64,000 bases of DNA from an uncultured Chloroflexia bacterium (GTDB taxonomy: Bacteria; Chloroflexota; Chloroflexia; QHBQ01; JADMIH01), in NCBI GenBank assembly GCA_963797095.1, contig CAWCNY010000002.1, positions 448,001 through 512,000 of the forward strand, given 5' to 3'. Shown piece after piece: positions 51,268 through 62,862 of this stretch. The notes under the pieces are model-generated. The model saw only the letters and a list, made by a program, of their open reading frames with translations, was not told the DNA's origin and searched no databases. How positions within the stretch are numbered: position 1 is the first letter of the stretch; each line of letters begins with the position of its first letter. The translations under genes were made by a program, and so were the position numbers.

Positions 51268-52448
51268 AGAGACGCTACACCCGGCGGAAGTTCCTCGCGA
51301 TGGGCGCCGGTGCAGCGGGTGCGGCAGCGCTGGGCGTGGGCGGTATACTCGCCAACCCCTATCATGCCTCGGCTGACACGCCTGATATCCACCCTGCCTT
51401 GCTGACCACCGCCCCGCCCATCCCCGAAACGATAGGTTTCAAGATCGCCCAGATGATCCTGGTGGGTTTTCGCGGCACGGTGCTCGCTGAAGGGAGCGAA
51501 ATCTGGGAGGCGGTCCGCGATTGGCGCATCGGTGGCGTCATCCTCTTTGATAACCCCGACCCCTCAATCGGCAACATAGAATCGCCTGAGCAACTGAAGA
51601 CCCTTACCTCCTCCTTGCAGGCCCTCACCCCTGTGCCCCTCCTGATAGCCGTCGACCAGGAAGGTGGTGCAGTTGCCCGCCTCAAGCCCCGCAATGGCTT
51701 CCCCGACTCGCCATCCGAGCAGTACCTGGGCACCTTGAACGACCCGCCGGTCACTCGCAAATACGCCGAGAGAACCGCCTCGATCCTCAAAGATCACGGC
51801 ATCAACCTTAATCTCGCGCCTGTGGTGGACCTCAATACCAACCCCTCCAACCCCGTGATCGGCAGCCTGGGCCGTAGCTTCTCTGCCGACGCTGGCGTGG
51901 TGTCAACCCAATCGTTCGAGGTGCTGGCAGCGCACATGGAGCGGCGCGTATACTGCGCCCTCAAGCATTTCCCAGGCCACGGCAGCTCCACCGCCGACTC
52001 CCATGTTGGGTTCGTGGATGTAACCAACACCTGGTCCGAACTGGAACTGGACCCTTACAAGCAGATCATGGAGTGGGGCATGTGCAACGCCATCATGATC
52101 GCTCACATCTTCAATGCTCACCTCGACCCCGATTTCCCCGCCACCCTCTCTTACCCGACCGTAACCCGCCTACTGCGCGAGCAACTAGGCTACGACGGCG
52201 TGGTGATGACCGATGATATGCAGATGGGCGCTATCACCGCCTATTACTCTTTCGACAAAGCCCTTGAGCTTGCTATCAAAGCAGGAGTTGACATAATCAC
52301 AATCGGCAATAATCTCCTCTATGGGTCTAGCACCGTAACCCATGCCATCTCAGTGATCCGCGACCTCCTGGAGCGCGGCGAGATCACCTACAACCGCATA
52401 GACGAGTCGTACAGGCGCATCAAACGCCTGAAATCTTTCCTTTATTGA
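51264..52448 (+). CDS. Tat-exported GH3 beta-N-acetylhexosaminidase (NagZ-like)
   Basis: TRRKFL Tat signal; DQEGG.V.RL, APVVD, KHFPGHG....DSH, TDDMQM. Confidence 0.92.
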   Translation: MKRRYTRRKFLAMGAGAAGAAALGVGGILANPYHASADTPDIHPALLTTAPPIPETIGFKIAQMILVGFRGTVLAEGSEIWEAVRDWRIGGVILFDNPDPSIGNIESPEQLKTLTSSLQALTPVPLLIAVDQEGGAVARLKPRNGFPDSPSEQYLGTLNDPPVTRKYAERTASILKDHGINLNLAPVVDLNTNPSNPVIGSLGRSFSADAGVVSTQSFEVLAAHMERRVYCALKHFPGHGSSTADSHVGFVDVTNTWSELELDPYKQIMEWGMCNAIMIAHIFNAHLDPDFPATLSYPTVTRLLREQLGYDGVVMTDDMQMGAITAYYSFDKALELAIKAGVDIITIGNNLLYGSSTVTHAISVIRDLLERGEITYNRIDESYRRIKRLKSFLY

Positions 52449-52466
52449 AAGTCTCTACTTAGCCTT

Positions 52467-53048
52467 CTACCCTTCGACCTTGGCGATTGCCTCAGTTGGC
52501 GATGCTCCGCCGTATACCACGGACATGATGCCGGGCATGTACTTATCCATCACGCCCACGTTGTCGTACACCAACCTCTTCATCAAGGCGAAGCTCAATT
52601 GAACAGGTTCCGAAGCATCCGCTTTGGGTGTTTCGGGCGTTTCAGGTGTTTCAGGTGTTTCGGCGGGTTTGCCGTCCTTCGGTGCGTCTGCGGCTGCCGG
52701 TGCCGGGGTTGGTAGCTCGTGAATTGACTTGTTGCCCTCTACATCCACGCTCGTCTTGTACCGGATCTCACCGTCGTTATAGTCCATCTCGAAATTACCT
52801 ATATACAGCCCATAATTGGCCCTGGTCAGGAAATCGGCCAGTATGGGGCGCTTGTCCTCCGGAGCTTTGATCGGGCAATAAGAATAGAAAAGCACAAGTT
52901 CCTTGTCCTCATCCGCGCGTGCCAAACAGCCCCATCTACCGTTCTGGCCCTGGAAGTTCATGCTCATCGCGGTTTGCCCCTCAAGCTGCGATGCAGGCCA
53001 ATCATCTACCTTGAAGAATTCGGCCATCGAATTGAAAATATTGCCCAT
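52467..53048 (-). CDS. YbjN domain protein with a Pro/Glu/Thr-rich insertion
   Basis: FYS.CP, FLTRANYGL.IGNFEMDY.DGEIRYKTS. Confidence 0.82.
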   Translation of the reverse strand: MGNIFNSMAEFFKVDDWPASQLEGQTAMSMNFQGQNGRWGCLARADEDKELVLFYSYCPIKAPEDKRPILADFLTRANYGLYIGNFEMDYNDGEIRYKTSVDVEGNKSIHELPTPAPAAADAPKDGKPAETPETPETPETPKADASEPVQLSFALMKRLVYDNVGVMDKYMPGIMSVVYGGASPTEAIAKVEG

Positions 53049-53050
53049 AG

Positions 53051-54019
53051 CTAATTCTCCTTTTGAGTAAAGATAACTTCATGCCCACATTGAGGATCGA
53101 GGCCCCGGTAGGTGGGTGTACCATTGACAACTTCGATGAGAGCCGCCACGCGATAGCGGTCGCATTCGCCACATTGAATATACACCATCAGCGGGTCGAG
53201 AGGAAAGAGTGGTAAGCGCGTGTCCTCCATTGTCGGGCGCTTTGTGTAATCAGGGGCCGCCCCCGATGGGTAAAGCAGCAGCGTCGCGGCACCCACCAGG
53301 TCCGGCGGCACCGTCAGGGGGGGCATAGGGGTTGTAGGTTTGGTGCCCATCAGCAACTGCCGTGTCTCAGGGGCATAAAGCAGGTATTCGCCCAGGAACC
53401 CTGCCGTATCGATCAGCGTAAGCAGACCCGGATACAGCGCGGTAGCCACCTGCGAGTCCAGGTCGTCGATCAGCACCTGGGGTGGCATCTTGCCGCGCCG
53501 GATGCGGTACTGGTCTACCATTTCCAGCAATATCCTCGGCGGCACGAACTGGCGCGAACCGTAATCGCCCGTATACGCCAGGTGCAACTCCATGATCCGC
53601 CTCAAAGCCTCATAAGCCGCCCCTACCTCGCTGAAATACCCGCGCAAATACCACTCGCCCATCCCGGCCACCGGGCCACCTGGCACCGCTTCCAAGGCCA
53701 TAGCGGTCCAGCCGAGCCATTGGCCGGGCAGCACCCTCCGCAGGCTTCTCAGGCTCCGGTTGAGCGTGGGGTTGGCCTCTGCCTCTCCAGTCAGCAGCGC
53801 CTGTGTATACTGCGCCACAGCCACCGCTCCCAGGTAGTATGTCAGCGTATCGGCCAGCGCCAGCGTTCCCTTGTGCCGTTCGGCCCCATCTCCCGCCCCC
53901 GAAAAAGCGCCCTCCACCGCCTGCAAAGCCCGCGCAATATGCAGCGGTAGCATCCGGTCAGGCTGTCCAGGCGCTCTCCCCATAACCAAAATTGTAGCAA
54001 TTGCCCCCTCTCTTGACAA
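53051..54019 (-). CDS. Hypothetical protein with a C-terminal Cys/His cluster
   Basis: 322-aa ORF ending 2 nt upstream of the YbjN gene; CGEC...CGH. Confidence 0.65.
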   Translation of the reverse strand: MSREGAIATILVMGRAPGQPDRMLPLHIARALQAVEGAFSGAGDGAERHKGTLALADTLTYYLGAVAVAQYTQALLTGEAEANPTLNRSLRSLRRVLPGQWLGWTAMALEAVPGGPVAGMGEWYLRGYFSEVGAAYEALRRIMELHLAYTGDYGSRQFVPPRILLEMVDQYRIRRGKMPPQVLIDDLDSQVATALYPGLLTLIDTAGFLGEYLLYAPETRQLLMGTKPTTPMPPLTVPPDLVGAATLLLYPSGAAPDYTKRPTMEDTRLPLFPLDPLMVYIQCGECDRYRVAALIEVVNGTPTYRGLDPQCGHEVIFTQKEN

Positions 54020-54042
54020 CCCACTCGCGGCCTTGCTACTAT
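54013..54042 (+). promoter_or_regulatory. Putative promoter of the P-loop protein/hutH unit
   Basis: TTGACA-18 nt-TACTAT with a TG extension. Confidence 0.5.
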
Positions 54043-54125
54043 GAAGTTGGAGTGACGAGTGACGAGTAGCGAGTTTCGATTCCTACCATCATCTACCGAC
54101 TACCAGCAACTTCCGGAGTGTACAC

Positions 54126-54692
54126 ATGTCGGACAACACTACATCCAACTCAGGAGACCCTGACCACCCTTACCGTGGTCTGCCCCTTCCTGCGTCTTAC
54201 CAGTCCGACAATTTCGCTCCTCCCCCTCCACCCTCCAACACCGACTACAGGCACGCCCGCTTTCGCGATGCTCACGCCCGGTTCGCTGATTTCAAGTCGC
54301 AGCGTACCCTCACGCCCGTCCAACCGCACCCGCCTTCTTCTACATCAAGCCCGCGCCTGGTTGTAGTGGGCGTCTGTTCTTCGGGCAAGTCCACCCTCGT
54401 GAGTGCCCTCCGCGAGCGCGGTTACAATGCCGCCGCCGTCTCGCAAGAGCACTCCTATGTATCCAGCCTCTGGCAGCGGTCCAACCCCGACGTACTTATC
54501 TACCTCGATGCATCTCTCCGCACTATCAGAAATCGCGGCAGGCGGCGCTGGTCTCAATCCCTACTCGATGAAGAACATCGCAGGCTAGGGCACGCCCGCC
54601 ACCACTCCGACCTCTACATCCCAACCGACGGCCTCTCCCCCCACGATATAGCCTCAAGAGTGCTGACATTCCTGAGTAAACGTGACGAGTGA
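54126..54692 (+). CDS. Small P-loop (nucleotide kinase-like) protein with a disordered N-terminus
   Basis: VVVGVCSSGKSTL, QEHS, PDVLIYLDAS. Confidence 0.75.
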   Translation: MSDNTTSNSGDPDHPYRGLPLPASYQSDNFAPPPPPSNTDYRHARFRDAHARFADFKSQRTLTPVQPHPPSSTSSPRLVVVGVCSSGKSTLVSALRERGYNAAAVSQEHSYVSSLWQRSNPDVLIYLDASLRTIRNRGRRRWSQSLLDEEHRRLGHARHHSDLYIPTDGLSPHDIASRVLTFLSKRDE

Positions 54693-54749
54693 CGAGTGAC
54701 GAGTGACGAGTAGCAAGCGATAGAATAAGCAATACGCAGTACGCAATAT
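54682..54749. repeat. Heptamer arrays (GTGACGA)4 and AATACGC-type
   Basis: Read directly; the first array supplies the upstream stop codon. Confidence 0.85.
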
Positions 54750-54779
54750 CCAAGCCTCACCCACAATGAAGTAGGTAGC

Positions 54780-56507
<1,728 letters not shown>

Positions 56508-56565
56508 GTCACAACCTGATAACGGAACAAACGGCCACTGCCGCTAAATCTTGCGGATATACCCG

Positions 56566-56710
56566 TAGGGCTTATGCATGCTAAATCAGAACGGCCAACG
56601 AGATCAGGTTCGCATGCGTAGCCGGGCTGTAGCTGTAGCTCGGGCGGGCAACCCTTCGTGCATGGCTACTTCACTAGCGAGGGGCAGCGAATTAGCACGC
56701 ATAAGCCCTA
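56566..56710. mobile_element. 145-bp non-autonomous MITE with 19-bp TIRs and a 10-bp target-site duplication
   Basis: TIR tagggcttatgcatgctaa / ttagcacgcataagcccta (1 mismatch); gatatacccg at 56556-56565 and 56711-56720. Confidence 0.88.
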
Positions 56711-56862
56711 GATATACCCGCTCTACCTGACATCCGGTCATAAATAGGAGGGGTAGGGATGAGGTAGAATCAAGCACCAACGAAATAGGAGGACTGCATG
56801 ACCGCAGCAGCCGCCCAATCAGTGTTGCTTGAAGAATACATTGTACGGGTACGCTTCGTATT

Positions 56863-57237
56863 GTGCAGGTATGCTTGGAGCGCGGTCTGCCCCGTCCGGA
56901 ATTCCGCTCAGAAATGGGTGAATTCATAGTCAGTTTCAGGAAAGCCGAGGCGCAGATTGAGCCCACGCTTCCGGAGCTTGAACCTAGGCAAGCGCGCGCC
57001 TTGGAGTATGCAAGGGAAAAGGGTGAGATCACAAGCGTTGACTATAGCCAACTTTTCGGTGTTTCCCGCAGGCAGGCCCTCACAGATTTGAACAAGCTTA
57101 CGAAACAAGGCGTGTTGTTACGTATGGGTCGGGGTCGCTCCACGCGATTTGTTCCAGCACGTATTACTGGTACTCTCAATGTTGTGCTTGGAGAATTGAC
57201 AGCATCAGCCCATAACGAAGGTTCAACTCAATCCTGA
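56863..57237 (+). pseudogene. 3' fragment of a RecG-C/HATPase-wHTH type DNA-binding protein gene
   Basis: GLPRPEF...F.VSF followed by wHTH ITSVDYSQLFGVSRRQALTDLNKL...G.GRSTRF; N-terminal domains absent. Confidence 0.65.
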
Positions 57238-57266
57238 TTATGCTAGGAACTAGCCTAGTGCTGGAA

Positions 57267-57313
57267 GAAACTGCGAGAAACTGCGAGAAACTGCGAGAAA
57301 CTGCGAGAAACTG
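57267..57313 (+). repeat. Tandem 10-bp repeat (GAAACTGCGA) x4 plus a partial unit
   Basis: Read directly from the sequence. Confidence 0.9.
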
Positions 57314-57389
57314 GAAGCATCCTGGAGCAATGTACAGAAAGCTATACAGTTCCGAAGAAATCAGATAAAACATCATAACGACTGTACTT

Positions 57390-57530
57390 ATGAACACCTA
57401 CACCGAAGATGACCTAATCGAACAGCCCGCCATAGCCCTCTTCCAATCCCTCGGCTGGCAGTACCTCAACTGCTTGCCGCACTCGCGACTTGCTGTTGCC
57501 TGGGCAGATTTCAGGCGGGAGATCCTGTAA
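57390..57530 (+). repeat. Copy 1 of an hsdR-5'/hsdS-3' fusion remnant
   Basis: MNTYTEDDLIEQPAIALFQSLGWQYLNC, then out of frame RTRDLLLPGQISG. Confidence 0.75.
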
Positions 57531-57674
57531 ACTTGCAGACTAAGTTGAGAGTGGATCGGGTATGACTGAGACGTACAGCCTCAAGCCAGCTGACGGTGGT
57601 ATCGCGACAGAAGCAATGGATCTGGGATAGTACTTGCACCGCACATATGTCCAATATACGACTGGAGTTGATTC

Positions 57675-59807
57675 ATGCAAAATCCAAAAAAGCTGAGTTC
57701 GTCCCGCTGGCAAGATACCCTGAACGCCACGAGGAAGCTGCTGGCTAAGATCCCCCGCGACTGGCCCATATATCAATCGATTGACAGATGCTCTACCGAG
57801 CTAGAGCGGCTCTTCCGGGGCGTCCCCGTAATCCGACAGAGTGGAGCCCCCGCCTCGATCATTGATAGTTTCGTTCAAGAAGCCGAGGTCGCGCTGATCA
57901 CCCTCTATCGGATAACCTATAGAGTGGCAGGCGTCGTAAAGCTCGCCGTTGAGCAGAGTAGTATAGCTGGCAAATTGAGTGCACAAACCCAAAGAGTCGA
58001 TAGCTTAACCGCAGCAGCTAAACAGGCTCGAACCGCCATGGCGGAAATAGCACTTTCGGACGCGGACAATAGAAACCTTGATAAAGCTGCATTAGGGCTG
58101 AATGCACTCACACAGGCGAGCCGAGATGCCCAGGTAGATGCATCTGCTGCCGATGTCCCTCCGCCCAAGAGAGCTGTGGGAACTGGACCCATTATCCTGG
58201 GCCTGGTGAGTTTGTTCGGAGTGGTCATTATAGTAATCGTTGTGGCCCTCATCTTGATGAATTCAAATAACTCCGCGAAGTCTCAGGTGGGAACGCCAAC
58301 CGCCGTTGCCGCCCTTGTTGATACTCCTGTGCCTCAACCGACCCACGAAGCAACGTCGGCGCTTCCCACCTCCACGGCTCTTGCGTCTTCGCCACAGCCA
58401 CCGGAGCTACCCACAGATACAGCTGTGCCGCCGGTGCCCACCGATACCATTCCCCTCCCAACCGAGACAGTTGCGCTAAATCCCACGTCGACGGCCCCTG
58501 CTCCGACCCAGACCCTACCACCCAGTGCCCCACAACAAGCCGATACGCCACCCGACTTAATCAGCACATCGTCCTTGGCCTCCACGGTCGACAGCGCGCA
58601 CCCCTACGAGGCGAGCACGGACAAAACCTGGCTCATACCTGCGGCTGACAGCGAAGCTGGGGCTGTGCGCCTCCACTTTTCTCGCATTGACGTGGAAAAA
58701 GATGTAGATTGGGTGATCATCATGGATGTATCTGACAATGAGATGCAGCGATTCACAGGTACTTACCCTGATGGAGTATGGACCGACCCAGTACCGGGTA
58801 GCTTCGTCAAAGTACGACTGCTAACTGATAAGTCGGTGCAGATGTCAGGATTCAGTGCGGACGAAGTGGGTGCGGTTCGCTTCACGACACTCTCTTATAG
58901 TCCTCACCCCTATTTGCCTCAGTCGCAGCAAAAGTGGCTATTCAGCAACAGCGACCCGAACGCCAGTGGCACTCGGATTCACTTTTCCCGGGTTGACCTA
59001 GAAGATGGCGTTGACTGGCTCGTGGTATCGGGCGTGGATGGCACGCCTTACCAATGGATCACCGGCCACCACCCTGAGGGTATGTGGACGCTCGCCGTCT
59101 CTGGGGGCGTAATCAATGTGCAGTTGGTGAGCGATGCCACAGTGGGCGATTGGGGCTTCAACGCAGACCAGCTCGAAACCGCACCGCCTGACGCTGCCCA
59201 GCCACGCCCCCAACCCGACAAGGCACTGGCGGAATCGCCCCACCCTTATACTAACAAGACAGACACGACGGTCCTGACCAATCCTGACCCAAGTGCCGCA
59301 TTCAGCAAAGTGCACATCTCGCGGCTGGACTTCTATTACGGGCAACTGGTGCTGCTCGACGGCAATGATAATCCAGTTCAACAGATCAACGGGCACAAAA
59401 GAGACTTCTGGAGCGATGACATCCCTGGACGTGTTGTCAAAGTGCGAATTGAGGGGAGTGACTACAACGACTGGGGCTTCCGAGTAGACCAATTAGCAAG
59501 CGGCTCTACGAAGAAATCCCTCGCGGAGTCGAAGCACCCTTACACCAACGAAACCCAGAACTGGACCCTGGTGAATTCTGACCCAAGTGCCGCATTCAGC
59601 AAAGTGCACATCTCGCGGCTGGACTTCTATTACGGGCAACTGGTGCTGCTCGACGGCAATGATAATCCAGTCCAACAGATCAACGGGCACAAAAGAGACT
59701 TCTGGAGCGATGACATCCCTGGACGTGTTGTCAAAGTGCGAATTGAGGGGAGTGACTACAACGACTGGGGCTTCCGGATAGATCAATTGGCAGATGGTGG
59801 ACCATGA
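57675..59807 (+). CDS. Single-pass membrane protein: helical N-domain, TM, Pro/Thr linker and four CUB-like repeats
   Basis: Four S.HPY...W....HFSR.D/HISRLD repeats; 59284-59482 is duplicated at 59578-59776. Confidence 0.75.
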   Translation: MQNPKKLSSSRWQDTLNATRKLLAKIPRDWPIYQSIDRCSTELERLFRGVPVIRQSGAPASIIDSFVQEAEVALITLYRITYRVAGVVKLAVEQSSIAGKLSAQTQRVDSLTAAAKQARTAMAEIALSDADNRNLDKAALGLNALTQASRDAQVDASAADVPPPKRAVGTGPIILGLVSLFGVVIIVIVVALILMNSNNSAKSQVGTPTAVAALVDTPVPQPTHEATSALPTSTALASSPQPPELPTDTAVPPVPTDTIPLPTETVALNPTSTAPAPTQTLPPSAPQQADTPPDLISTSSLASTVDSAHPYEASTDKTWLIPAADSEAGAVRLHFSRIDVEKDVDWVIIMDVSDNEMQRFTGTYPDGVWTDPVPGSFVKVRLLTDKSVQMSGFSADEVGAVRFTTLSYSPHPYLPQSQQKWLFSNSDPNASGTRIHFSRVDLEDGVDWLVVSGVDGTPYQWITGHHPEGMWTLAVSGGVINVQLVSDATVGDWGFNADQLETAPPDAAQPRPQPDKALAESPHPYTNKTDTTVLTNPDPSAAFSKVHISRLDFYYGQLVLLDGNDNPVQQINGHKRDFWSDDIPGRVVKVRIEGSDYNDWGFRVDQLASGSTKKSLAESKHPYTNETQNWTLVNSDPSAAFSKVHISRLDFYYGQLVLLDGNDNPVQQINGHKRDFWSDDIPGRVVKVRIEGSDYNDWGFRIDQLADGGP

Positions 59808-59863
59808 TCGGATCACTGGCCTAACCCTTGTAAATCTGCTTCCAGGTATAGACCGGAGGGAGA

Positions 59864-60058
59864 ATGAACACCTACACCGAAGACGCTCTAATCGAACAGA
59901 CCGCCATAGCCCTCTTCCAACCCCCTGGTTGGGAGTACCTCAACTGCTATTGCCCGTTCGCCAACCTTCGCCGCACTCGCGATTTGCTGTTGCCTAAGTT
60001 GATCTCATTCGAGGATCTAAGATTGGAGATTTCGCATTATGCTGCTCAGACCTATTGA
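59864..60058 (+). repeat. Copy 2 of the hsdR-5'/hsdS-3' fusion, here an in-frame 64-aa mini-ORF with an RBS
   Basis: GGAGGG RBS; MNTYTEDALIEQTAIALFQPPGWEYLNCY joined to ANLRRTRDLLLPKLIS. Confidence 0.75.
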
Positions 60059-60738
60059 AAAGATGTGGGAACGAGTCAACACGACCCGACAAGATTCTGA
60101 CATTGCACTTTTCTTTGACCTTTTGTATCTGGGCGAGATGGTGGTCAAGCTAACCACACTCGCTTTTGTTGCTGCTATAGATGATAACCGAGATCGAACA
60201 AGATATGCTCAGTATTATAGGTTAGTACGTGCCGATGGTCTTGGCGAATGGACAGATGTTCTCAACGAAGTATTATCAGGATCAGCTTCATTCTATCTCA
60301 ATAGTGAGGTACGCAAAGAGCAAAAGGTGCTAACGCAGAACTTAGATGCCGTGTCGTGGCAATATCAAGCGGTAGAAAAACTCTACCATTGTCTGGATGC
60401 CCTTAGCTTGCCACATGACAAGTTACAAGGCAAAGTCAATGCCCAAAAATGGTTTTCATGGTTTGCGTACTTACGCAACAAGACGCGAGGTCATGGGGCA
60501 CCATCCGGTGTTGCGTGCAGCAATGCATCCGTACCCCTTGAAGCCTCTATTCGGCTCATGATTGATAATCTCCTCATATTTGAACGCCAATGGGCCTACT
60601 TGCATAGAAAACTTTCTGGTAAGTACAGAGTGACTGCGCTCAGTCAATCAGCGGATCTATTTGAACCTTTGAAGAGTGCACGCAGCGGACCCACGCCTAA
60701 TCTTAGAAACGGCATTTACATATACCTCGACAGACCAG
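60039..60738 (+). pseudogene. 3'-truncated lower-GC gene with a HEPN-like RNKTRGH motif
   Basis: LVRADGLGEW and LRNKTRGHGA; after GIYIYLDRP the sequence switches to UvrD coding sequence in another frame. Confidence 0.55.
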
Positions 60739-62761
60739 TCCGAACTCATCAAGGCGATGCTGCCCGCAGACGGACGTGTGGTTGTAGTGGGCGACGACCT
60801 GCAGTGTGCAGTGCATCTATACCTGGCGCGGCAGCGATGTAACTCGGGACCTGCGGTTCCCTGACGAGTTCACCAACTCCAGCATATTTCGCCTCTCCAC
60901 AAACTATCGCTCGCGCCCGCCGATAGTCAACCTTGCCAACCAGATTGCCAGCAGCATCGAATTGCGAGATCGCATCAAAGTGATGAGGCCCGGGCGCGAG
61001 CGTGCTGAGGGCAGACCCGTTCACTGGCTAAGCCTGAATAGCCTGGAGGAGCAGGCTCGCGCTGTCACCGAAATCGTGCAACGCTTCGCGTCAGAAGGTG
61101 TTCCTTACAACAAGATGGCCATACTTCTCCGCTCTGTCGTGAAGTCGGGCAAGTCTTTTGTTGACGCCCTCACGGCCGCGGGTGTGCCTGTGCAGTGCCC
61201 TGTGCTCGATCGAGGCGGGAGTTTCATGACAGAGTTCATTCTCCCGGTGTTCGAGTTCCTCTCCCGGCAAAGACCTACCGGCGCACCGTGGGAGTGGGCA
61301 ACTCGGGAACTTTGGAAGGAGGCAGGTCCATGGGTGCGCTCTTCGGAGCAAGCATTCCGGGACGCCTTGGCGCGGTGGGATGCAGTTATTGCCGGGGAGA
61401 AGAATGCCGCATACAATGTGCGCGGCAGGCTTTATGACTTCCTGAACGGGTCTGGTGTACGCATGAGAGCCGAGGATCGCAGCCTCATGGCTGCTATGGG
61501 TGTGGTTTCACAGATCATCCGTAGTATGGAGGAGATACACCGTCGTCGCCTAAAGGACCATAAGCGGCGGGGTTCGCGCACGGTTATGGCCGACATCTAT
61601 CGGGCGATACAGCGTAACTGGCAGAAGTTCGGGGAGAGTGCGCCAATCTCAATTGGCGGGGAGGGCGTCTTCGTCAACACTGTGCACCAGGCCAAAGGGT
61701 TGGAATGGCCCGTTGTGATCTTACCCATGCTCATGGACGGCCTCTTCCCGGTAGCTGAGCGCCCTTCCGACAGCCACTTCCCACCTGAGATAGCGAATCG
61801 ATATGCAACCGACATAGAGGACGAGCGGCGTCTATTCTATGTGGCCGCCACCCGCGCAAAAGAGAGGCTCTTCCTCTTGGACGGTACCCGCCGATTTGAG
61901 GCAAAGCGCTCGATCTTCCTGCACGAGTTGGCGGAGTTGGGCGCTATCACGGTTGAGAACCTGGCCGATATCGCACCTGCGGTCTGGCGAATCGAAGCGG
62001 CTGACTTACGGGACTCGGGCGTCGAGCCTTTGCGGGTGGGGTTGTCCGATATACTGCTCTATCTTGAGTGCCCTTACCAGTACGGGCTGCGCAGAATCGT
62101 AGCAGTGCAACCAGACGTGGGAGTGGAGCTCAATTTTGGGAAAGGGTTGCACGAGCTCATACAGCGCCGGATTGAAGCTGGCCGTGACTGGACACCTGTC
62201 GAATTGCGTGCGCATGTCGAGGAGCACGTCGTACTACCATTCATGTCCGAACAGAAAGAAGGTGAGGCCAAAGCTGTGATAGAGGGCTACGTCCAAAGCT
62301 TGCAGAGGGCAGGCGCCGCCCGGCGGTCCCAGCCGGAAGTGGACATAGAAGTAATGCTGGAACATGGCATAGTGCATACCGTCGTCGACCGCGTGCAGAT
62401 AGGGGACGACGGTACTCTCCAGGTCACAGACTGGAAGACACAAATAGACCCTCGATATGTGGCCCGCTATGAGCGCCAGGTACAGTTCTATACTCAGGGA
62501 TTGCGACAGCACGGTCACCAAGTTTCAAGGGCGGAAATTGTGGATGTCACGGCGTCCTCCCGAGCTGGTAAGGTTGTAGCCTGGAATGTGAACATCGAGG
62601 AACAGACCCTCGCCAGCCTGCTCCGTGACTTGAACGCCGCTATACGAGAGATATCCCAGAGGAACTTGCCCCCTCGACCCAGCGCCACCACTTGCGGATG
62701 CTGCGACGTATTCAAGATATGCGGTGAAAGGTATGACGCGATCCGTGGACATGGAGGGTAG
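60733..62761 (+). pseudogene. 5'-truncated, frameshifted UvrD/REP helicase fused to a PD-(D/E)XK nuclease with a 4-Cys cluster
   Basis: VVGDDLQC|IYTWRGS, LSTNYRS, TVHQAKGLEW, ERRLFYVAATRAK; CPY, G..LH, VDRV, DWKT, QVQFY, C..C....C; Walker A/B absent. Confidence 0.85.
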
Positions 62762-62862
62762 AAAAGAACGCGTTGCGTGGCCTATTAGGCGTCTAGATGG
62801 CAGCTCCCCAAGATGACTTCGCAGACCCTTGGCAACCCCTCTGGTAATCTTCGTCAGATCCC

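Noticed and set aside
56798-56930. Short ORF MTAAAAQSVLLEEYIV... with a strong AGGAGG RBS
   Set aside because: About 43 codons running out of frame into the wHTH fragment; probably the 5' stub of a deleted gene, and no function can be assigned.
59284-59776. Diversity-generating retroelement TR/VR pair
   Set aside because: Both copies are in-frame domains of one gene, differ by a single T/C change rather than at adenines, and no reverse transcriptase is present.
57390-60058. Integron attC sites as the explanation for the cassette-like layout
   Set aside because: The repeats are protein-coding remnants without the RYYYAAC...GTTRRRY palindromic structure, and there is no integron integrase in the window.
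62040-62761. Cas4 gene
   Set aside because: The Cys-cluster PD-(D/E)XK domain is fused to a UvrD helicase (AddA/AdnAB-like architecture) and has no CRISPR context.
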